The position numbers and the translations under genes are program-made. From Tubiluchus corallicola (lineage: Eukaryota > Animalia > Priapulida): 53,516 nucleotides of DNA. The notes beneath the pieces were generated by a model. It was not told the origin of the DNA. It saw only the letters and a program-made list of their open reading frames with translations, and ran no database searches. Below are positions 36,047 to 45,214 of the stretch, one piece after another. Location of the stretch: the NCBI GenBank assembly GCA_030141605.1, contig JAQGDQ010001231.1, forward strand, positions 1 through 53,516. The letters are read 5' to 3'. Within the stretch, counting starts at the first letter, position 1. Each line of letters begins with the position of its first letter.

Positions 36047-39000
36047 CTAACTGGGGAGGTCCTTCATCTTCCGACTCTTCAGCACTGTCCTGTTTAGAGA
36101 CTTCGCTAAAACCGCATCGCTCTCAGTGCGTCTTGATTTTGCACTAATTTCGGAGAGCTCACTAATACTATCACTCCTAGGTCGCTTTGTGGCGCTAGAG
36201 TGTACTTCGTCAGGTCTTAATAATGGTGGTGGTGAACCGCTAGAAATCTCTGACTTTTCATCTTCCGGGATACCTGGGCGGGGCGTCTCTTCTTCTTCAG
36301 ACTGCCCTTCACCGAGGTCACCTAACCTAAGGTCCGGAAGGCTATCTCCGTTTTCCCTATCTGACTGTAAGAACGGAGCATCAAAAGGATCCCATGCCAA
36401 ACTTTCGGCAGGTTCGGTAGGCTTTTCACTTCCCTCTTGCCCTTGACTTACTGTCACTTCTGGCAAAGAGGTGAGTACAGGAGCTGACCCCTCCTGACCC
36501 CTTTTACTAAAGTCTTCTCCTTCCTGGGAGATTTCGGGTTCCGGCACGCGGGCAGCTCTACGCAGAGGTCTGCCTGCTTTATTTAATTTTCGAGCTCCTG
36601 GTTTAGTAGACCAGGCAGCTGTGGGAGGGACTAGGCGCAAGTGGGTTACATGACACGTTCTTACTCGACCCGTGTCCATGTTCTTAATTTTATATCTATG
36701 TTTACCCAACCTTGTTAGTACAACATGGTTGCTTTCCCAATACTGGTGTAACTTCCTAGAAGCTTTTGGCTTTGTGGCTTGATTATAATAAAATACCACA
36801 TCACCAGCTCTAAAATGTCTCGTATGGGCCTTTCTGTCATATAATTCCTTACACTTTGCCCTAGCTAATTCAGTTCTTTTCTTTGCTACTACAAATGCTT
36901 GATGCATTGTTTGCAAATAATTCTCAAAGTAATCTTCTCCCACGTATTTCTCTGGTTCTGCCAAGTGATTTTCTATCACTCCTCGCGGTGCACGTGCAAA
37001 TAACAGGTAGTACGGCGAGAATCCCGACGTACTATGTATTGAGGTCCTATAGGCGGCTAAGGCCCTTGGGATATGCTTGTCCCAATTCCCGGGATCTGTG
37101 TCCGTTAGCTGCCTTAATAAACTCATCAACGTTCCATGTTGACGTTCCTCAATTGCATTGCCTGGGGGGTTGTATGGGGTTATTGTAATATGTCGTATCC
37201 CATAGTGCTTAGTCAATCTCTTAGTCATATCGTTTACATATGATTTATCATTGTCAGTTAACAATTTAATTGGGGCACCGTACCTACAGATAATTTCATT
37301 AACAAATGCTTCCGTCACTGTTTCAGCCTTTTTATCAGGTATGCCTATGGCATCTACCCATTTAGTAGCTAAATCAGTAAACGAAATTATATATTTATTT
37401 CCATTTTCTGTCATAGGTAAAGGACTTACAATGTCGGTTGCCACTGTTTGATAGGGCACTATTGGAATTGGTGCCTCTTGCATAGGGAACCTTACCACAT
37501 TTCTACTCTTCCTGTTACATGTGGGGCAATTCTCTATAAATTTCTTACAGTCTTGCCGGATGGTGGACCACCAAAATTTTATAAGAACCTTGTTGACCGT
37601 TTTAGCCAACGCAAAATGTCCTCCGGCGTAAGAGCTATGTATTTCTCGAATAATTTCTTCTACTAGCACTGTGGGGACTACTATCAAATAATAACTCCCC
37701 TCATTTTCTCCATATTTTTTATTAATACGACACAATAACCCGTCATCATTAATGGCATAATCCTCCATTAACCTGTATGCCTCCTGTGATTGTTTGGGGC
37801 TAGTAATGACATGAATTAGGTAGGAGAGCGTTGCATCCTGACTTTGCAACAAGGCAAATCGTTTCTTATCAATTAACGCCTCCTTAACCTTACTGTCAGT
37901 CGTTAACTCAGTGACCTCTGATCGGGTCACGTCCGGACCTGGCTGTCGGCCAGTCTTAGTACCTACAGTAACTTTATTACGTTTGAGCAATGCTTCTTCG
38001 CGCAAGTGCACTTTCCTCTTGGGAAATAATATCCCAGAAGAATGGTCAGACTGAACCCTATTTTCAATTTCGTTCTCTAATGAACTAGATCTGCCATCCG
38101 CAGTAAAGGTCTCAGCAGAGGCCCCTGGGCGTGCTGGATCATTAAATGTACTGCTTCCTGATGGTGGACTATCATCTCCTATAGCGGCCAATTTATGAGT
38201 TCTGTTTTCATTCTCTAGGCGGCGCAACCTATTATCTAAGTCCTTTTTTGTAAATTCCGGTCTCGCTTGCGGTTCCATTAACTTCATTGGTAGTCGACTA
38301 TAATGATCCACGGGATTCTTATTCCCGGGACAATACTCAATTTTCGCATTTTGCTGCGACAATAACAAGGCCCACCTCTCTAATTTTGCATTTTTCAATT
38401 GTTTGCTCTCAAGCAAATACTGCAAACTCTTATGGTCTGTGCGTATAACGTAGCGACTACCATACAGATAATGATGTAATTTCCGTATGCCATAAATTAT
38501 CGCGTATAATTCGCGCTCTGACGCAGTCCAACGCTGCTGGGTAGGTGTTAATTGATGAGAGAAAAATTCCACAGGCCTCTCCTCTTCATCAATTTCTTGA
38601 GTTAGTACACCTCCCACACTATATAAGCTTGCATCCGTATATAAAATATAGGGCCTCTCCGTATCTGGGTGCGTTAACATAACGGGGTTCAATAATGCCT
38701 CTTTCAACTCTTTGAAAGCTTTTTCTTGGGCGTTCCCCCATACAAACTTAACATTTTTCCTCGTTAGTTCTGTTAAAGGCCGAGCTATTTCCGCAAATCT
38801 CGGTATGTTAGCTCGGTAGTAATTACAACTACCTATAAAACTTCGCACCCCTCTCACATTTACTGGGCGGTCCATTGTTTGTACAGCTTTTGCACGTTCG
38901 GGATCGGGTCTTAATCCATCCTTGCTAATTATATAGCCCAAAAATTGCACTTCTGACTTAAAAAATTGACATTTCGATGGCTTTAGGCGCAAATTCGCCT

Positions 39001-41014
39001 CCTTTAAACGTCTAAACACCTCTTTCAAGTGTTTTAAATGCTCCTCCCTGGATCTTGAATACACGAGAATGTCATCCAGGTAGGCTATACTAAATTTATC
39101 AGTTATCCCATCTAATAACTTATTAATGACCCGCCAAAACACTGATGGGCTAGTTAAAAGACCCATGGGGCTACGGGTAAACATATATGCCCCACTTTGG
39201 GTTACAAAGGCAGTTTTAGGCTGGTCATCTCGGTGAACAGGTATTTGCAAAAACCCTTGTCTTAAATCTAGACAACTAAAATATTTGGCTCCTTGCAATT
39301 TGTCAGTAAAATTGGACAAGGTTCGACTAGGAAAAGCGTCGAACTTTACACACTTATTGATTTTCCTATAATCTATCACTAACCTATAACTCTTTCCATC
39401 AGCCTTTTTAACTAATAAACAAGGTGACGCCCACGGGCTATTAGCTGGTACTATTATCTTTGCTGCCAATAATTCACGAATGATCTTATCTAATTCTTTT
39501 TCTAAATTATTGGGTATTCGATATGGTTTTGATCGAATAGGTTCCGCAGTTCCAGTATCAATTCTCATTTCAGCTAATTTTGTCTGCCCTAGTTCTAGGT
39601 CGGTGCTAGCAAACACCCCTTTCCAGGCATTTAATAACTTTTCTAGCTTTGATCGCCAAATGGGAGCCAAATGATCCAAATTAAACTCAGCATCTACCCG
39701 TTCTCCCGAAATTCCATCATGATACCGCCATTGTTTGTAACCATCCTTTATATTCGCCGTAAATTCACTAGGCGAGGGACTCCCCAAATCTTGGAGTTCT
39801 ACAAACATTCCGCCTCTATTATCATATTGAACCTTGAGTCCGCCCTCCTGCGGACAATTACCTGCTGCCCTACTACGCGTTTTATTATTAGGCACCTTGC
39901 CTCTAGCCATTGCATTTACTGCTAATCGTCGGTCATTAAAGACCCGGGGAACCTGCTTCATTCCCTTGTTTCGCGTGGGCACGCAGTGAAGGTTATCATC
40001 TTGATACCTTCGTCCATTAATAACACTTTTTACCTTTTTCGAACCGCTATTAGTTTTCCATTTATTCGCTAGCGCTATTGCTAATACATTCGATACGCTA
40101 GTTTCTTGCGCGGTGCCAATCACACAATTCTTCCTAATCCTTAAGGGTCTATTTGAATTATTACGTATAAGCAACGAACTCCTACGTCCTTCATCTACTT
40201 CTATTATGCCAGTTTCAAATCCAACATCTGGGCGATTTTTAAAAGCAGGCGCATGTTCAGCCATTTCGACACACAAAAGTTGTCCTGGTGGCCTATCTCT
40301 CTTAATTCGGGTTCGCATTACGATCTCACTGTACTTCGGAATTAAGGCATTTTCATCAGCAAGGAGAATTTCAAGTTCTCCCTCGCTGACTTGATCTAAG
40401 GCAAGAAGATGAGCCTTCTTACCTATAACCATTAATTTTCGGCCACAATCTAATGAGGCATTCATAGACTGAAGTGCATCAATACCCAAAATAGCCTTGT
40501 GCCTCATTTCAACAATTTGGTATTTAATGTTAAACAGGCTATCGCTAAATTTGGTCTCTATATTTTTCGAGCCTATTACTGGTAAGGCTGTGCCTGAGGC
40601 ACCTTTCAATGTCACACTGCTCGCATTGCAAGGCCCCATTCCCAACTGCTTGTATTGTGCTAATGACACACATGAGGTCGTCGCGCCCGTATCAATTAAC
40701 ATGCGCACAGGCCTACCATTTAATTCTACTAGGCAGGTTGGCTGGGTGACCAGCTTCTCCTGTTGGCCTGGTAACCTATCAGGTGGGTACGCACTTACCG
40801 CGTCCCAACTTCCTCTATTTATATTTGTCACCCTTAAGTTATGCTGGCACTTATTACGCGCATCACGCCTCTTTTTATTTATAGTTTTACTACTACATTT
40901 TCTACACATATTCATTTTACTCATAATTCTATTATTTACAATTCCGCTTGTCTCCGCTACAAAAGGTGGGCTCCCGACGGGGGAGATGACCCGCTGGGAG
41001 CCTAATAGTTTTCC
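36047..41014 (-). CDS. pol: Pol polyprotein (protease, RT, RNase H, integrase), expressed by -1 frameshift
   Basis: LIDTGA (40685-40693), YLDD (39071-39082), YTDAS RNase H, HHCC zinc finger, and D..D(35)E at 37433, 37253 and 37145. Open frame 36047-41101. Confidence 0.97.
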   Translation of the reverse strand, partial: GKLLGSQRVISPVGSPPFVAETSGIVNNRIMSKMNMCRKCSSKTINKKRRDARNKCQHNLRVTNINRGSWDAVSAYPPDRLPGQQEKLVTQPTCLVELNGRPVRMLIDTGATTSCVSLAQYKQLGMGPCNASSVTLKGASGTALPVIGSKNIETKFSDSLFNIKYQIVEMRHKAILGIDALQSMNASLDCGRKLMVIGKKAHLLALDQVSEGELEILLADENALIPKYSEIVMRTRIKRDRPPGQLLCVEMAEHAPAFKNRPDVGFETGIIEVDEGRRSSLLIRNNSNRPLRIRKNCVIGTAQETSVSNVLAIALANKWKTNSGSKKVKSVINGRRYQDDNLHCVPTRNKGMKQVPRVFNDRRLAVNAMARGKVPNNKTRSRAAGNCPQEGGLKVQYDNRGGMFVELQDLGSPSPSEFTANIKDGYKQWRYHDGISGERVDAEFNLDHLAPIWRSKLEKLLNAWKGVFASTDLELGQTKLAEMRIDTGTAEPIRSKPYRIPNNLEKELDKIIRELLAAKIIVPANSPWASPCLLVKKADGKSYRLVIDYRKINKCVKFDAFPSRTLSNFTDKLQGAKYFSCLDLRQGFLQIPVHRDDQPKTAFVTQSGAYMFTRSPMGLLTSPSVFWRVINKLLDGITDKFSIAYLDDILVYSRSREEHLKHLKEVFRRLKEANLRLKPSKCQFFKSEVQFLGYIISKDGLRPDPERAKAVQTMDRPVNVRGVRSFIGSCNYYRANIPRFAEIARPLTELTRKNVKFVWGNAQEKAFKELKEALLNPVMLTHPDTERPYILYTDASLYSVGGVLTQEIDEEERPVEFFSHQLTPTQQRWTASERELYAIIYGIRKLHHYLYGSRYVIRTDHKSLQYLLESKQLKNAKLERWALLLSQQNAKIEYCPGNKNPVDHYSRLPMKLMEPQARPEFTKKDLDNRLRRLENENRTHKLAAIGDDSPPSGSSTFNDPARPGASAETFTADGRSSSLENEIENRVQSDHSSGILFPKRKVHLREEALLKRNKVTVGTKTGRQPGPDVTRSEVTELTTDSKVKEALIDKKRFALLQSQDATLSYLIHVITSPKQSQEAYRLMEDYAINDDGLLCRINKKYGENEGSYYLIVVPTVLVEEIIREIHSSYAGGHFALAKTVNKVLIKFWWSTIRQDCKKFIENCPTCNRKSRNVVRFPMQEAPIPIVPYQTVATDIVSPLPMTENGNKYIISFTDLATKWVDAIGIPDKKAETVTEAFVNEIICRYGAPIKLLTDNDKSYVNDMTKRLTKHYGIRHITITPYNPPGNAIEERQHGTLMSLLRQLTDTDPGNWDKHIPRALAAYRTSIHSTSGFSPYYLLFARAPRGVIENHLAEPEKYVGEDYFENYLQTMHQAFVVAKKRTELARAKCKELYDRKAHTRHFRAGDVVFYYNQATKPKASRKLHQYWESNHVVLTRLGKHRYKIKNMDTGRVRTCHVTHLRLVPPTAAWSTKPGARKLNKAGRPLRRAARVPEPEISQEGEDFSKRGQEGSAPVLTSLPEVTVSQGQEGSEKPTEPAESLAWDPFDAPFLQSDRENGDSLPDLRLGDLGEGQSEEEETPRPGIPEDEKSEISSGSPPPLLRPDEVHSSATKRPRSDSISELSEISAKSRRTESDAVLAKSLNRTVLKSRKMKDLPS
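40950..41014 (-). promoter_or_regulatory. -1 programmed ribosomal frameshift signal
   Basis: Slippery G GAA AAC (41014-41008) just before the gag stop, 5-nt spacer, hairpin GGCTCCCAGCGGG..CCCGTCGGGAGCC (41002-40969). pol is in the -1 frame. Confidence 0.85.
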
Positions 41015-42255
41015 TGCTGCTGTCTTGGGCCTACCACCCTTCCTTTTACAGCAGGACCAATGTAACGGCACTCCCGGGCGAAATGTCCAGGCCGTTGACA
41101 TTTAAAACACAAGTCTGCTTGTGTGGGCCTCCTGGGTTTCTGGGACCACCACCTTCCCATACCCTGTCGGCCTATTCCGGCTACCATCGGCCGTTGCCGA
41201 GGTGCCGGTCCGTCTCTGGGAGGATTTCTTCCCTCGGGATACTGTTTACCCTGGCGGTTTTCAGGAACCGTTTCTCTATTCTCAGGGGGACCTTGTTTAG
41301 GTCCATTAGTAACTAGGGGAAGAGCTTGTCGGCACTCTGGGCCTTCGCTCTCTGATTCAGAGCCTATTTGGTCGATCTCCATGGGCGTCTCCACTCGCAG
41401 GTGATGCGCCCCATGTCGACTTTTTAATCTCGTAATCTCATGATTATTCTCATCCTCCCTACACCTTGCATATGCCACCTCTAAAGTCAGGGGGTTATGC
41501 TTAATTAGTTTGGCCCTCAATTGGTCATTCCGTAATGACTCAATCAGTACATCCGTTAAAAATTGCTGGGCCAATGCTTGATCAATTTCTGATGGCCGAT
41601 ATGCCAATCTTGCATGATACCAGATACGGTCTACTAACTGCCGTAGGGACTCATTTTTCTTCTGCCTCAAATTTTTTAGTTCTATCATGTGCTTGGTCAA
41701 TTCTGCACGGTTCACATACCGCTGTTCTAAAAATGTTACAAATTGACTCCAATTCATGGTAGACCAAACCTCACGGTTAGCGTCCAGGTAAAGGGCGCAC
41801 GCACCGTCTACAGTCATGTAAGCCAATCTTACACACACACCACCAGCATTCTGAGAATCAGGCGAAATACAAAACCCCCTCCGAGTAATGCTTTGGACCC
41901 ATGTGCGAAATCTTTCGCTACAATCCACCTCTTGACCGGAAAATTTAGGCAAATCTGCCAAGGCGCTGCATAAGGCCCACTGGTCAGTAAAGGTCCCTAT
42001 TTGAGATGAGAGATAACTAGCCCTTTCTACTAGAGTGGGTACACCCCCACTTGTTTGAGCAGCTGATTGCTCACCTAATTTACTCTCATCTTTAGCGCTT
42101 TCCGCGCTCTGCTCATTATCCCGTATCCTTCGCAGAACTACTGCATGTAAGGCCTGTACCTCCGGACTCTGCCCGTCCAACCAACCGATCGGGAGACTTC
42201 CGGCTCTAATCCAGCTCTCAAGTTGAGCTTCTGTTATTTCTTGAGGGTCAGACAT
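41002..42255 (-). CDS. gag: Gag (capsid plus CCHC nucleocapsid)
   Basis: ATG at 42255, LPKFSG, LRQKKNESL major-homology-like region, PMEID motif, zinc knuckle CFKCQRPGHFAREC. Confidence 0.94.
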   Translation of the reverse strand: MSDPQEITEAQLESWIRAGSLPIGWLDGQSPEVQALHAVVLRRIRDNEQSAESAKDESKLGEQSAAQTSGGVPTLVERASYLSSQIGTFTDQWALCSALADLPKFSGQEVDCSERFRTWVQSITRRGFCISPDSQNAGGVCVRLAYMTVDGACALYLDANREVWSTMNWSQFVTFLEQRYVNRAELTKHMIELKNLRQKKNESLRQLVDRIWYHARLAYRPSEIDQALAQQFLTDVLIESLRNDQLRAKLIKHNPLTLEVAYARCREDENNHEITRLKSRHGAHHLRVETPMEIDQIGSESESEGPECRQALPLVTNGPKQGPPENRETVPENRQGKQYPEGRNPPRDGPAPRQRPMVAGIGRQGMGRWWSQKPRRPTQADLCFKCQRPGHFARECRYIGPAVKGRVVGPRQQQENY

Positions 42256-42337
42256 AATTTTCGCAACTAGGCGCAATCGGCAAAATTCTCTTTAATACAA
42301 TAACTCGGCTGTTAACACCTTTGACAATACAAAAACC

Positions 42338-42346
42338 ACTCACCAA
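42338..42346 (-). promoter_or_regulatory. Candidate major splice donor in the element leader
   Basis: TTG|GTGAGT about 90 nt upstream of the gag ATG. Confidence 0.5.
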
Positions 42347-42582
42347 TTAATGTGGGGATCTCTGCTTCGTTCTGGTGCCGCCTTCTGATCCGTTACGGTA
42401 ATTACTTTCCAATTTCTTGAATGTCCTCAAGGCTTGTTTAATCACTTTCCGATGCGTCTCGTTTAGTCACGTTCCCTGAGAATAACGTACTTATCGTATA
42501 TAAAAAGTTCACAATGTTTACAAAATTCCGAACCTTAATTAAAGTTACAAAAGATTGCAAATACTAAATAGCAAAACACTAA

Positions 42583-42602
42583 AATCCGCAATCACGGCAC
42601 CA
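42583..42602 (-). other. Primer-binding site complementary to the tRNA-His 3' end
   Basis: TGGTGCCGTGATTGCGGATT, 2 nt after the LTR end. The eukaryotic tRNA-His 3' end is ..AAUCCGAGUCACGGCACCA. Confidence 0.85.
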
Positions 42603-42604
42603 GT

Positions 42605-43932
42605 TATCACCTTCTAAAATTCAAATGCCTAATGTTTCTGTTAATCTAGATCGTATAGTGTAAGGTGACTTAAATCTATGTATCGTATAGATTGAATTTA
42701 ATATGTTCGCTTAACTCCTAAATGCTATAAGGTGAATCCTTCACCTGACTCCGAGAGCTTTGGATATCAGTCTAGTAAGCAATGATCGTCTTATCTAAAC
42801 TTCACCTTGACCTTCGCGTTGTGAGAAAGGTCTATATCTCTCAAGTTTCCTAGCTATGTCCCCGCAATATGGACGATAGTTAATACAAAGCGAACTAATC
42901 AGATTCGTATATCGGAAATAGTGTTGCTTGAGTTAAACACTGATAATATACATTAACTCAATTGTTAAATGTCCAAGAGAATTGTTTTATTGATTTACAA
43001 TAATTACTGCTTAAGTATATCTTACAAGATTTAGTCCTTAAGCGCTTTTGACGCTCACAATTATTTTGTTAGCTTCACAAAAGTACCTCTCTGAACAATT
43101 CTTCAATTCCTAATTCCTATCACCTAAGGTGTATACTTTACACTTATTCTCACTATAGTACAATGTGAACTTATAAGAACTACTAACGATATGCACAGTT
43201 AATTCTCAGTTTTACCAATATGTTAAGAGTACTTAACTCTGCGGATTTGACCCAATGTACAATACAATATGGTCAATTCCGATAGTTGATACAAGATTTC
43301 TCGTCGGCTCAGTGCCCAGATTATCCTAGGAACGCAGAAAGATGTCTACGCTGAACTTCAGGAGTTGTCTTGTTGATCGAATCGCCCTCCGTGTGAATTC
43401 CCGTACACGTGGCTTGCTCCAGTACGTTTCGAGATGTACTGGCTGGAACTAGCACCCTGTTATCTGAACTCGGGGCTTATATTTCATTGAGGTAACCTTG
43501 CAGTAACCTTGCACAATTTCTGCGTCGTAGGCAACATTTAAAACGTCGCATGAGGTATCAAAATTTATGGGACAAGTTTTGAAGACGCAGTCATTATACG
43601 CCCGTAAAACGTATCCGTGTTCTTTCTTCAAAAAACAATGACCTCGCAGAGTTTCGTTAATTACTAGCAATCTGTGCATAACGCTCATTATGAACGGTAC
43701 ATCCGTCTCGACTTAATGTTAGCTAATTATCTTAAGCATCTTAGAGTGTCCTGACGTAAACGCTATTCTTAGTTCTGACATCCTACGCTGTTTACAGTTC
43801 ATTAAATTCGAGCTTTTCAGCTGAGTGAGTTCCTTATCGCACGATCTGTAAATTTATTCATGCAATCAGGGAGGCAGGCATCTCTTATACCAAAATATCG
43901 AAAATCATCGATTTATAAATTTATTCACCACN
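42605..43932 (-). repeat. 5' LTR (about 1328 bp; outer end contains NNN)
   Basis: Direct repeat of 31009-32337. Confidence 0.95.
43449..43688 (-). CDS. 5' LTR copy of the 79-aa U3 ORF
   Basis: Identical translation to 31854-32093. Confidence 0.25.
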   Translation of the reverse strand: MSVMHRLLVINETLRGHCFLKKEHGYVLRAYNDCVFKTCPINFDTSCDVLNVAYDAEIVQGYCKVTSMKYKPRVQITGC

Positions 43933-43934
43933 NN

Positions 43935-44460
43935 ATACTAGAGAATACTATAGAAAAATATCGCATAGCTTTCTCTCGACTAAGGCTACAAGCGCATCAC
44001 TTAAGAATTGAGACCGGTAGATGGGATGGCCAAGATAGAAACCAAAGGCTATGTACATGCGGAGAGATACAATCAGAAAAGCATGTGTTAATGAACTGTA
44101 ACTTGACCACTGATATTAGAAGGAAATATCCTAGTGTCTTTGTGAACTTTTCTGCACTGTCTACTATTATGGAGAGCAACCATGCATTTGAAATTTGCTC
44201 TCAAGTGCTACAAACTTTTCAAAACTAACAATGGTTTTATTAATGTTTACTATTCGCTTAAAATATCAAACTAAAATGTATAACCACTTTTTCAATGGTA
44301 TAAAGTTGATACAAATATTTTATTTTATATGCTAATATGATCCACCTGTGATAAATTCTTGAAAAGAATAATGAATGGACTGTAAATTTTATTATTTTCT
44401 GCTAGTCCAGTTTTTGTATTAATCATTGTATTTATAGTCAATAAACTATACTACTATAAC
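43935..44460 (+). mobile_element. Right part of the interrupted LINE: C-terminal zinc-finger region, 3' UTR and tail
   Basis: SRLRLQAHHLRIETGRW..RLCTC..QSEKHVLMNC, stop at 44228, AATAAA at 44440 followed by a short TAC-repeat tail. RTEX-like or CR1-group-like. Confidence 0.88.
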
Positions 44461-45214
44461 GAAAATCGCGGAAGTCTAAATTTACAAGTTTTATACAGCG
44501 TTGCGTGTATATACAAGTTTTATACACACTGTATATACACAGCTTTATACAAGTTCTGTGCTCAGTAAGGCAGTATGTAAGTGATATAAAATTTTAAGAT
44601 AAATTTTTAAAGTTTTATTCATGAAGAGTCTTTTTCTTGTGCTTTAAACTGGCTTACATTCTTACCTAGCAAGGCCTACGCAATTTTGGCGTTAACGTAG
44701 GTCTCCATTTAGATTTTTTACAGCCTTAATTCTCAGACAAGAGTTTACAAACTTCCTGATTCAAATGCTTCATAATAACGCATATAAAGCAAAAACTGTG
44801 AAGTTAATTCATCACAGTAAATTAACAAAATGGTGTCAAATATTATACGCATAATACTGGTACAACACAGTAAATTAACAAAATGGTTTCAAATGTTATA
44901 CGCATAATAACTGTATACAGGCAAAAATTGCACTTGCTGGGAACCATCCACGTAAAGACTAATATAACAATCGTCATTTAAAGCAAAAAACAAAAGCATC
45001 TATCTCCTGTGTTGCTCTTTTTCTGTTAACAACACGACAAAAACGTGCACGTGTTGGTACACGTGTATCACTCCTGAACCATTGTGACATGTCAGTTGAT
45101 CTCATGACACTAAACTCAAACTGCCCTGCAGTCTGCAGGCAGCAGATAAGGTGCTCGATGATGAAATCATACACATGGCACGTCGAGTGATTGACTGGCA
45201 AGGCCCGCTATGGT

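Larger units (their letters stand above)
31009..43932 (-). mobile_element. Full-length env-bearing Ty3/gypsy (errantivirus-like) LTR retrotransposon
   Basis: Two LTRs of about 1.33 kb, PBS, gag, pol in PR-RT-RH-IN order, env and PPT. ATAC on both flanks (31005-31008 and 43935-43938). Interrupts the LINE frame TPNIL|ENTIEK. Confidence 0.97.

Noticed and set aside
40497-41105. 202-aa plus-strand ORF, and other ORFs antisense to gag/pol/env
   Set aside because: Shadow frames of long coding sequence, with non-ATG starts and no motifs.
42344-42475. Possible coding mini-exon in the retroelement leader
   Set aside because: It has splice-like borders but stops in all three frames.
43860-43934. LTR-derived ATG fused in frame to the LINE zinc-finger tail (122-aa ORF)
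   Set aside because: The frame depends on the unresolved NNN and is antisense to the LTR promoter; most likely coincidental.
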